Shown piece by piece: positions 23,752-35,473 of a stretch of DNA of 64,000 nucleotides. Origin of the DNA: Geosiphon pyriformis uo1. Taxonomy: Eukaryota > Fungi > Glomeromycota. The notes beneath the pieces were generated by a model that saw only the letters and a list, made by a program, of their open reading frames with translations, searched no databases and had not been told where the DNA came from. The stretch is from positions 124,001-188,000 of the forward strand of contig JAAOMT010000659.1 in NCBI GenBank assembly GCA_016748015.1, written 5' to 3'. Each line of letters starts with the position of its first letter. Position 1 is the first letter of the stretch. The translations under genes and the position numbers were made by a program.

Positions 23752-24137
23752 GTGAAGTCGCAACATAGTAAAATTAACTGTTTGAAAATAGACTTCATGA
23801 TAGTCTGGTAAAAAAAGGAAGCTTTCTCTAAGTTTTGGATATTAATATTATCTTGTTAGCTTATCAGAATAGTGAAAAAACAATGTCAAATTCTAATAAC
23901 TGTACTTGTTAGCTCAGAAAAAATAGCTTACATTTATAAGAAATTACAAACAGTGAAAGCCAAATCTCTGTGCTTTATAACCAAAGAACTTAATAAGTAA
24001 AATCACCACTAGTAAATAAGATCTTTAAAGACTAATAAGCAAGACTAAGCTGGTGGAATTATGTGAAAGACACATTATCAATAATTAAGAACACCAAACA
24101 TTATTATTACCCTATTCTACCAAGTTTACCCATAACA
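23114..24137 (+). repeat. Gypsy B 3' LTR (1024 bp)
   Basis: Termini TATTA...TAACA; direct repeat of 12986-14002. Confidence 0.95.
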
Positions 24138-27100
24138 CTGCCAAGCAATTCCCAACTCAAATAGTGTTATCCACAAAGACACCAGCTGTAAAAAAGAAAG
24201 TTCTGCCACCTTTAGGATCAATTTTACTGGTTCTTGTAAAAAATTTCAAACTCAATCTGTAATTATACAATTGCTCATGTCTTTTGACTTCATAAAGCAA
24301 AGGATCATAGAAGATTCTTCACAGCAATGATAAAAAGACTTTTTCTTAATCTAACTCATCATAAACAATATAACTATCAATCAGTTTAAAGTTCATTATT
24401 ATTTAATTGGTCTGATTATTGTGTATGTTCCCAAAAAATTTTATAAAACAGGAGCACATCTTAATTCTAATTAAATTGTTCTACAAATAGGACCATCTAA
24501 CTGAGTTATAGGTCTTTTGCATATCTTAGAAAACCAACCACAGCTCTTTGTTTTTTTAAGCACATCCTCAATAATAGAGCCAATGGCAAAAATTAGAGTC
24601 TGAGTAGACATACTCTTTAAAACTGAGAAATTATTATTATAAAAGATATTATACTTACTGCAAGCCAAAAATATTCTGTTAAAAAAAATTTTAAACAGTA
24701 TCTTCCTGGCTGTTTCAATTAATATTATAAGTTTAATATTGGTAAATGTTCTTTCTTAATTATATGGCTTTAGTATCATAGAAATTCAGATCTGTTCTTA
24801 CCATAAAGAAACTGCGCCCAACACTAAACATGCATTAAGAATATCCAACAAACTATCTAGAACTTGAGCATCTCTATGCTTTCAAAGCTCATTAAGAATA
24901 CCAAAAATGCCAGCAGCTTTCCTATCAGGCAGTCTTTTGACTACTAAGAGAAACTTACCAGGTCCAATCATGTTCATAACATTTGAAAATGCATTATTAC
25001 TAATATAGTTCAAAGGAACATATTGATTAGACCAATGAGCAGACAGAGAATTGAGAGCAATCCATTTTTTTGTCCATCCTTGCATGATAATATTAACAGT
25101 AGATTTAACTTTATTAGACACCAAAATTAATTTATCATTCATTATTAGATGGTCTAGCATCACTTTCTTGAATGGCTGTTCTAAAACACTTTTAATCATG
25201 TGTTTTTTATTGGAGCAAAAGTTTTCCATGTGTTTGTTTATTGCTTTTCTGATAAACACATCTCTGGTTACTCTAGACTCATAATATTTAGACCTATGAT
25301 ACAATTTTTTGACTCTTGACAGATGTTGTAGAATACTCTTTCTGCTTTTATCATTACCAAACATTGTGCATGCTTTGGAGGCCCCCTTATTATCAAGAGT
25401 GGACCACACATTAAAAAAGTAAACAGTTTCTGATTCCTGACCTGAGCTCAAATACTTCACCAACTTGGTCACCAGTAATTCCAGCCTAAAGAACCTTAAA
25501 GACTGCTTATTTTTTAGACAACCAAAATTACTAAACCAGTGTCTAGAAAACACACTATCAATTAAGCTTACTACCACCTTTTTAAGAATTTTCCACATAG
25601 CATCTAAATTTTCAATATCTTTTGCATTATTAAATACATTCATATTTTCTAAAAACCTGTTCAAAAAACATTCCCTAAAGCATAACCACTTATCAGCATT
25701 TGTATTTTTAATTTTGAACTTTCACTTATCTCTATTAGTTTGCAAATAATCACTATTGAGACAGGCACCTAAGAGACCACTTAGTTTAACTAAAACCAAA
25801 ACAGCATTATAATTGGTGTTAAAAAAATCAGAAACAAGAACAACTTTATGACCAGCCACTGCAGATGACAAACTTTTATTCATGAAAATGTAATTAATAA
25901 TCTTTACAGCACTTCTTAAGTTGCTTCAAGTAAAAGCTTTGACCAGTGAATGTCTACTAAAGGAATTGACCAAGCCCAAATCCGAGCAGAACTTAAAACT
26001 TGCACTTTTTCTAGATCTATTTTCATTGAAATCTCCATCTAGAACTACAAATGTAGAGAAATTAACAGTTTTGGCAATAAGAAAATTGATTTTATAAGCT
26101 TGGCTGAATCTGGTCTTAGCAGAAACACCAATGTATAGACCCAAAATTACCACTGACAGCTTGCCTTTAAAAAAAAGCTGAATGAAAATAAGACAACCAG
26201 AAATTTTCTCAATTTTAAAAACATGACATGCAAAAAAATTGTTTATAATAATTGCCATTTTAGCACCAAGAAACTTTTTGTTTAAGCCAGAAGAAAATAT
26301 CCTCACCCCATTAAACTTGGTTATAATCTAAGGCTTGATATTAGACTTTAACTTTGTTTCTGTAACAATAAAAACATATTTCCAGATTCCATATGCCAAT
26401 AAATAATGTCTTTCTGCTTGGCAGGAACATTGATATCACAAACATTGTATGTAACAAATTTCCAAACTAGATCTATCATTGAGAAGAATAAAGAGTAGGA
26501 ACCAAACCAGCATTTTCTATTTTGGCTGAGAGGCTCATAACTGTGACAGACAGATTGTTCAGAGTTTTTTCCATTTTTGAAATAGCTAAAGAGTTAAACA
26601 TCACCATTTCCACATTAGTCCCACCACCAGTAGCCACATCTGAGTCCTTACTTATTATTATATCCACTTCTTGATTTTGTAATGAAGAGGTCACCAATGG
26701 CTGACATTCAAGACTAAGCTGGGAAACCATTGGCCCAGATGTGTCCAACCTCTTAGCCAACTTATCAATGCATTCTGCGAGGCTGACAAGATTATGCTCA
26801 AGAGTGACAAACTTATTATTCAATTTCATAAACACCATCAGAACAGGTTTTATCTCTAAAGAAGAACCATAAGCAGCTAAGCCATTATGTACAAGGAAAG
26901 GAGGAAATAAAGACCCACCAACAATCTTGGCCCAAGAGATACCACCAAAAAAAACAGAACAGAAAATTAGAGCAGACTGTCTAGCATAAATGAAAGCCAG
27001 TCTGCTTTTATTATTGTCTGACAATACTCTGTGAGATAAGCCACTAGAAAAAAATTTTCCACTCATAGAACAGTCCAATGAGATAAGACCCAATTTCCTA

Positions 27101-28418
27101 TACTTAGCATACTTAGTAGAATTCAGATGAGACCAGCACAAATTAACACTCCTTAAGACAGGCATAGTTCTCATAACAGCATCCAGCAAATTAGCTAAGT
27201 CAAAACAAACAACAGCACACCTGGTTTGGTTATATGTAACAGGATGTCAATTGATGACACAAGTTTTCTCACCCACAGAACCAATAAAGTCCCAGATGTC
27301 ATAAGCATTGGTGCCTATTGGCAGTATATAAAGCAATACTCAATATTGATCTCTTGTATTCCAAGATTTCTTGTCTAAATTAGTCTTAACTACCCTTATA
27401 GCATCTTTTCCAATTAAGATAAACCATTTAGCTGTGACCAAATTAGTTTGATTTGATTGGGCAAACTTTACTATAGTCTTTTGCCATAGTCCCACCAATT
27501 GCATTTTAATTAACACAACAGAACCAAACTTAGTAAGTGCAGCATATACAGCTTTAGTTGAAGTTTCAATAAGAATTTTTTTCACTATTACAGCCCAATT
27601 TGAACACATCACAGATTTTTTTAGATCAGTGTTTACCAGAATATCTGCTATTCTTGCCTTTTTTATAGTCTGTACCAGACTCAATTCAAAAGTAAATGAT
27701 GCTCTAATGATTCCAAAAATTTTTAAGAGAGTAGAAACCCCTCTCTCCTCCAAACTATTAATTTTTGAAAACAATTTTCTAAATATTGCCAACTTTTCAT
27801 GAAAAAATTTTCCAGCTACTTTGTTCAAGCCAATATTTAAATCAAATGATTTCCTAATAGACACATTAACTAGATTCTTTAGCAGTGAAGAGAAAACCAC
27901 AGAAACATCCAAAAAAATGTTATCATTATCCACATTATCCAAAAAATTAATTTTTCTCAATGGTGTACTTAAAGCCTTCTTTGTTACCAATCTTGGACCC
28001 TTTAGTATTTGGTTAGAGTTATCTTCATTAAACACACTTCTCTCCTTATAATTCATACTGGTTTCTTCAACTAGACACTTTTTTTCTATATTAACATTAT
28101 TAAATTCAGTAATATCACTAGCTTTAAACCCCTAAGAATCACCAACTGTCTTATCAGTCAAAACCACTTTATGAGCAGCACCATCTTTCAGAACACCTTT
28201 TTTTCTTTTTTTCTTAGAAGTATTATTCTTGTCAATAGCACTAACACCAAAGTCTTTAACAGACTTTTTCATTACAGCAATACTACAGCCAATAGTGGTC
28301 TTATAATCAAGCAAAAAAGATTTAGATTTATCATACTGAATTATAAAAAACTTCTTTTAAAAAACTTTAGATTTTTTTTTGAAAATATTGGGATAAAGGA
28401 AAGAAAAAAGTTTTTTTA

Positions 28419-28873
28419 ATATAGATATCAAGAAAAATATTTTTAATAAAAATAATTATAGCTAAAATTGTTATTTTAAAATAAAATAATTCTGAATAAA
28501 ATATATTTTCTTGAAAAAAAAGCTTTTTTTATACAACTTGTTGCAATACTAATATATAAACTTAAACTTTCTTTTTTTGCTATATTTTCAAGTTATTTTT
28601 ATAAACTATAAATAATTTTAGCTAACTATTAAGATGTTTTATAAATTTCTACAAATTTCGACAAATTTTTGAATGTTATAAAGTTTGGTGTATTGTATAA
28701 TTTAATTATCACAATTTATATATTGTATAAATCAAATTATTTATAAGATAATAATTTAAATAATTTAATAAGATAATAAGTAATAAAATTAAAATAATAA
28801 TATATGTTAATTAATAATAGAAATCATAAAGATAATTTTATACTAATTAATATTTTAAGTTTTATTAATAATA
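28419..28873 (-). repeat. Gypsy A 5' LTR, 5' half
   Basis: Collinear with about 38550-38959 (e.g. TATACAA(C/T)TTGTTG(C/T)AATACTA); ends in TAATA (=TAACA). Confidence 0.75.
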
Positions 28874-31800
28874 ATATATACTATATATTATGTATTAAAA
28901 ACATTAACTCTACTATAAAACTTAATAATTAACTTTATTTTTTACTTTATATTTTAGAATAAAACATTTTTTTACTGTTTTAGTTTTATAATATATATAA
29001 TTTTTATTTTTAAACCAGAATAAAAGAATTATTTGAATTACTAATTAAAAATTTTAACTTAAATATTAAAATAGTTTTAATAATCTTAATTTTTCTATTT
29101 TTTTTTTTTTTGATGTAAACCAATATAATAATATTAATATTTATGTAAATCAGAAATAATATAATGTGAAATATTTTTTTTACAACACAAATTATAAATT
29201 TAATTATATTCTCAATATTTTTTTGAAATGAATTAAAATTAAATAAGTTATTTTTTATAAAGCTGTCTTTATTACTATTTTCTTTAATTAATAAAATATT
29301 TATATTATTTATTATAATTTTAAAATAGCTGTTATAAATTTTACAGAAATATTTAAAGCTTATTTTTGCTTTATGCACTCATAACTAGTTTTGTTTCAAC
29401 ACTAAATCAAATAAAATTTTTTTGCAAATTTGGAAATTTATTATTTTAATATTATTTAAACTTTGCTACTTTTTTTTATAATAAAACTATAAATTTAAGT
29501 TTTTTATTTTTTTGTTTATTATATTTTATTAAGAATACTATTTAATCTATAATTAGATCCAAGTTTATTAAACAAGTATTTGCTAATAGTATTTAATTTA
29601 AAAGTTATGTTAATTAATATTTTAACTAAAATTTTTTTCAATAAAAAACTTAATAAGCATATCAAATATATTTAATAATATATATTATAAGTAAAAAATA
29701 ATTATCATTTTACTATATATTAATATAATAAATAATATTATAATATTAACAATAATTAAAACTATTTTCGATAATAATTATATATTTAAAACAATAATAA
29801 TATAATATCTTGTATTATTAAACAAGTATTAAATAAAAATATTCAAATTTTTATTTACTAATTATTAGAAATAGTAAAATTTAAAATTTAGTAAGATATT
29901 ATAAACTCAATAGCAAACTTGAATATTTTTTAATACTAATATATAAAATATATTATTAAAAGAAAAAAACTAATTTTTAATATCTTTGATACTTGTTTTA
30001 TTAATAATATCATATTTAAGTTTTTATTTTTATTTAAGTTTAATTTTAAATTGTCTAATAATAATAATAATTTTACTGTAAATATAGTAAATGAAAGCTA
30101 TTGCTCTGTAATAAAAGCAAAAAAGCATAATTAGTTATTCTTAACTTCGAAATTTTTTTGTTTAGACACTGAAATAATTGGTTTATTATTTATTATACTA
30201 TAATATTTGACTAATATTTACATGTCAATTATTATAAATATTAATAGTCAATATTATTTTTATTTTTATGTACTTTAAAAGCATAATTAATATTTGTTTT
30301 TCTTAATATATATATAATAATTCTATGACAACTTAAGAATTAATTAAGTAGTACAACATTAGTATTTTTATTTTTATTTTTTAACAAAAAAAAATTTTAT
30401 CTAATATTAATTTTTGAATCTAAATAAGCAATTTTCTTGTTTGTATTAAATTTTTTTCTATTAAAAAAATAGCCAGAATTCTTTTACTTTACTTTTATTT
30501 TTTGTATAACTAGTATAATACAAAAAATAGTCAAAATTATATTATAACTTATAGCTTAATTTGTATTAATTGATATAAAAAGTTTTTATATTTGTTAATT
30601 ATATATATAATATTATTATTATATCTATTAAATTTTGCATTAAAAAAGACTTAATAATATTATATTTATTAAGTTTTCTTGAACTTTTTTTAAGTAAAAG
30701 AATTAATCTTAAGTTTATACAATTTTTTTTATAATAAATTAAGTTAAGAATTTTTAATAATAGTAATAAGAACAAAAAAAGCCAAGTTATATGATATTTT
30801 ATTTATTTTTTTAAGTAAAAGATTGTTTTTTATAATATTTTATATAATAATTTTGATAAAATCTCTTTTTACAATATTTTCTTAAGTGCTTAGATAAAAA
30901 TGAAAACATATGCTTGTTTTTTGCTAAGTTTTAGCTATTAAAAGCATTTTTTGGCTTAATTTCTGGTTTTTTGTATTTGTTTTTTTGTTTTGCTATCTGA
31001 AAGTTTATTAACAAATTTTTTAATATAACTATTAAACTAAGATAAACTATTTTAAGGATTTAATTTGTAGTGATTTACAAATATTGTAGCAATTTTTGTT
31101 ATAGTTAATATATATTAATTAAGATAATTAAGATGTTTATATAAACTATTTTTATTTAATATATATTATAAAAATTTTTTTTGCAAATCGAAATTTTTTA
31201 TTTGTGTGGATTAATATAGCTATATTCAAAAATTAAATAGATTATAATTAATGTAATTATATTAAAAAATAGACACATAAATTTGATTTAAAGTCTTAAA
31301 ATCCATAGTTCTATATAATAAATTATTATAAATATAAATGAAATTAAAGAAAATATAACATTACTTAAAAATATTTTGGAAAAATAATTAATATATGCCA
31401 AATACATAATTATATTTTGTGTTTAGAATTAGGTAAATTAGATATATAACTCTTAAACATAACAATTTTTGCTAATTTAACCTGTTTTTTTTGTAATAAT
31501 ACTTTTTTTTATACATGTCATATGTAAAATAAGTTAATTTGTTAAATTTTTTACAAGAAATCTATAATAATCTCGATTATAAACTTTATTAATTTTAAGA
31601 ATATAAAAACAATAATAATTATCTAAAATAAATAATTTTATTTTAAAGTTTTTCAAATTAAGTATACTACTTTTATTTTTGAATTAAGTATATTACTTTT
31701 AGTTATAACTATATACTGTATATATAAATTGATAAAATAAATTGTCTAGTAAAACAAAAAAATATCTATGTAAATTATTACAATAACAATACTTAAATCA

Positions 31801-32159
31801 AAAATTGGCAAAATATAATAAGACTAAAATAATTTTCAAAAGTTTAACAGATTTTAACTATAAATTTGGTTATATAAAACATATATATTATAAATACTGA
31901 CTTGTATTTAATAATTATATTAGTGTTATGATGCAAATCATTTATAATAATCAAAAATATAGATTAGTTTGAAATTTTAAATAATGATTTTTACGTGTTT
32001 TTATTTATATAATAAAATTTTATTGGTTAATGTACATGTGTTTTTAATATATTATTTATAATAAAAAATAAAATTTTATATAATATAAAACCAAATACAG
32101 TATTACAAAGTTTGAATATTATTTAATTTGTTTAATTCTTTAAGAATATTATCTGAAAT

Positions 32160-33025
32160 TCTTCTATGAAATTTATACTTTTTTATAGTATATTCTACTA
32201 ATTTTCTACTAAGACTTTTTCTATAAAGATCCATATAACACCAATATTTTTTTAAAATCGTCTAATAGTTATTAAAGATACTAATTTAAGACTTTCAGAC
32301 ACTGTTCTTTGTAATTCTTTCTATAAATAATTGCATTTATTACGTGTATATTTTTTAACAGCTTCTCAATATCTTTTAATAAAATTTAATTTGCAATAAA
32401 ATTTTGGAAATAAAATGATTTATGTTCCATACTTTTGATTAATTCTTCAATTGCATTTTTTTTACAAGAAAATCAAATTTTAAAGATATTATTCAACACG
32501 CACAACAAAAAACTCTTGAAGAATCTTTGATTTTTTCTTTGCATTTTTGGCATTCTAATACTAATTTTTTTGATGGCCATTTTTTTTGTTCTATTAATAC
32601 TTATTTAATTTTTTTAGGCAATCCTCAAAGTTTTTTATCTGAATATGTTTCTGAGAAAATCATCAATTGTAATTAATTATCTAATCTAAAAGAAGTATTT
32701 TGCATTAATAATTGCTTTTCATTTGGATTTAAATTCATCCTGCTTGCAATTAAAGTATTTTTACTAAATATTACATAATTAAAACTATTATTAACAACAA
32801 ATACAGCTGTACAATCTAGATATAATTTCTCAAAAATTGGAATTGCTTTACATTTAATTTGTTTAAGAAGATAGTCTGTTATTTAATAACCATCTTGATT
32901 TATATTAAGTTGCAAATAGCATCATGTCTCTTTTGGTATATTAGAATAATTTTCTATATCATTTTGTTGTAAATGTAAATATCTATCAATTTCAGTTAGA
33001 AATTTACTGATCATGATTAATCTTC
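32160..33025 (-). pseudogene. Fungal IS630/Tc1-like DDE transposase relic (C-terminal half)
   Basis: Reads RLIMISKFL...DGY*...KAIPIFE...AVFVVNNSFNY (FDNSSNH), FCCAC, and FPKFYCKLNFIKRY* (PKFHCELNFIERYW), then TIRRF..YMDLYRK. Confidence 0.75.
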
Positions 33026-33027
33026 TA

Positions 33028-34435
33028 CAGGATGTTTAAAAGTTTTTAAACAAGATTTTATTTAACAAGAATATTTATTTTTTATAAAATAAAACAAAAT
33101 AAAATAAATAATATATTTATAATTTTATAGTAATTTTCTATTAAGCTTTTAATATTTTGTTGGTTTTTCTTGTGCTATAATTACTGCTTGAATACATCAA
33201 AGCATACTATCAACTAATTTTATAATTGTTGATTTAGGAATTGCTTTCCAAGCTTTTTTAACATACTTATCAAGTTTTTTAAGAGTAGTTGGCAGTTTTT
33301 TTTTTTTACAAATATTACATTTTACTATACTCCATAAATTTTCAATTGGATTGAGATCTGGACTTTGAAGAGGCCAAGAAAGAATATGTAACTTGTTTTT
33401 GCTATAAAATTCTTTGGCAGTTTTTGATTAATGAGGTATAGCATTATTTTTTTGAAACCATCCATTGTTTTTAAGAAACATGCATTATAAAGTTAGTAAG
33501 ACATAATGATTAAGAATTTTAACATGTCTAGTACTATTTACCATTTGATATAATGATACAATTAGTCCAATGTTTTGTCATAAAAAACAAGCCCGATACA
33601 TTTGACTTGGACTATGTTTGACTGTTGCTGATACACAAGACAATTGCTATTTTTCAGATAGTTTACGCCATACTTTACTAGACTGATTGTGTTAAAATTG
33701 AGAGAAAATTGATTTGTCACTCCATAATACTTTTGCCCATTTTCAATTTGTCCAATTTTGATGTTTAATACACCAAGCAAAATGTGCTGCTATATTTGCT
33801 AATGAGATTAAAGATTTTTTTCTTGCATAATAATTTCATAATTCAATTGATTTAAGAGCATGCTGAAGAGTTCTAAGAAAAATAATTTGCTTTGTTTTTT
33901 GTTTCCAAAGAGTTTGTATATTTGCAATACATAAATGACAATTCTTTTCATTAAGTGTTACTAAATATTTAAGTCAGTGAAATTTTTGGTAAGTAAATAA
34001 ATGTGGACGTTTTGAACAAGATCTTAAATCAATTAAACCAGTTTCTTTAAATTGTTTTATTATATCCAAAACTGTTGTCAAGCTGCAATTGACTATATTA
34101 GCAATATCACGATATTTCTTGCCATGCTGTTATAATAAGCATATAGTATTACATTGAGCAATCGTTAATTCTTTTTTTGCTCCCATTTCATTTTAATAAA
34201 AATAACAAAAAAATTTTATATGCATGTTACATTTCATTTTTATAAAAAAATGAGTATGAATAAAATTGATTATGTGCATTGTGAAAAAACATTATACACG
34301 CATGTTTAAAAAATAAAAAATGCATAATTAAATAATTAACTAACTTAATTTAGTAATAAACTCGTGCTTTTCTAATTATTCAAGCATGTGGAATATTACT
34401 CCAAAGTTTGTTCGGAAACTTTTGGACACCCTCTG
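33028..34435 (-). mobile_element. Tc1/mariner DNA transposon (DD34E), complete but inactivated
   Basis: TA flanks at 33026-27 and 34436-37; about 30-bp TIRs (CAG..G(G/A)TGTYYAAAAGTTTYYRAACAA). The transposase at 34186-33149 has an HTH, WSDKS, FQKNNA and WPLQSPDLNPIENLW; D-to-E spacing is 105 nt, i.e. DD34E. Confidence 0.9.
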
Positions 34436-35039
34436 TAATTGTGGCTTTTATATCTTTTGTATCATCCCATTTACTGTCATCATCATTGCCTTACTCTTTA
34501 TCACTAATATCCAGTCTGTTAAATTTGTTTACTTTAATATCATAATCATTTATTGAAGTGGTATGATGTGTTTTTTTATATGATCTTTTTGTATTTCTAA
34601 CTTGATCTTTAGCTTTTCTTTTTTCTTTAGAATGAAATAGCATTTTTTTATGTGATGCAATGTTAATCTAGTATGTAATTGGTGCTTAGACAGAATTAAA
34701 GGATTTGAACCATGTAATGTTATACAACAAAATTGTATCACAATAGAAATGGTATTTTTAACTCAGGAATATATATCTATTCTTTAAATTTCTTTGGTTC
34801 CAATTAAAACTTTAATTTCTGTTTTGTAGTTCTGAATAAGAAGCAATTAAAGAAAGCTCTTTTGGCATTTATCAAAGAAAATTTTTTATTGAGATTGAGG
34901 AGATCATCTGAACCAAAAATTCAGATGACATTAATAAAAATAGTTACCACAAAAACCTCTTCGACTTATGACAAGGAATTTGGGCAAAAAAGTCTCACAT
35001 TGACAATTAAACAACCAACTCAAAAGAAACCCGATTTTC

Positions 35040-35473
35040 AAATTGAAGTTGATCTCTTAGAGCTGATAAAAGATTTATTGCAAATGATTGTTGATTAAAA
35101 AGATAATAGGTAAGGATATTTGAGATAGATTTCAATTTTAGTATTACAGCCTAGTTGTAACCTCTCATTTTCATATTCAGTAGTCAACAATATGCCAAAT
35201 TATTTATGGATTTACTGTTCAAAGAAAAATATCTAGAATATTATGATGTAATCAAAGAGCCAAGATTCTTAAACATGATTGAGATTGGTATTATGCACTT
35301 TTTTCTCATCAATTACTTAACACTTGACATATGTTTTCTATATTACATCAGCAGAAAATTCGAAAAAAATATCATCTATTTATGAATTTGATCAGGACTT
35401 ACAATTGATTTTGAAAATGCCATGTATTTTAATGATGATTCACGTATTTTTAAAGATGCCAAATTCTTACAAG
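35040..35473 (+). pseudogene. Bromodomain pseudogene fragment with introns
   Basis: After removing GT-AG introns 35110-35180 and about 35288-35352: QYAKLFMDLLFKEKYLEYYDVIKEPRFLNMI...EFDQDLQLI/ENAMYFNDDSRIFKDAKFLQ. One stop and one frameshift. Confidence 0.75.

Larger units (their letters stand above)
12986..24137 (+). mobile_element. Complete Ty3/Gypsy LTR retrotransposon B (dUTPase-encoding, extra ORF3), inactivated
   Basis: Paired LTRs, PBS, PPT and 4-bp TSD TTGC (12982-12985)/CTGC (24138-24141). Domain order is PR-RT-RH-IN. It is inserted about 25 bp from the FVDN motif of the LINE-b RT. Confidence 0.95.
10509..28418 (-). mobile_element. Full-length LINE-b (APE-RT-RNase H), interrupted by Gypsy B
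   Basis: TSD ATATAAATAT (10499-10508)/ATATAGATAT (28419-28428); poly(A) tail at about 10509-10517. ORF1 lies at about 28272-26476, APE at about 26480-25790, RT at about 24900-24140 plus 12985-12500, RNase H at about 11950-11540. Net length without the insert is 6754 bp. Confidence 0.9.
1..28873 (-). mobile_element. Ty3/Gypsy LTR retrotransposon A, heavily decayed, runs off the left edge, interrupted by nested insertions
   Basis: Minus-strand order is 5' LTR (28873-28419 + 10508-9984), PBS (9981-9968), gag remnants (about 9960-9770 and 2990-1760), then protease (350-1). The pieces rejoin when the solo LTR and the two LINEs are removed at their TSDs. Confidence 0.8.

Noticed and set aside
28900-32100. 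TnpB/Fanzor or other transposase in the AT desert
   Set aside because: No convincing RuvC or zinc-finger motifs were readable; the sequence is too decayed.
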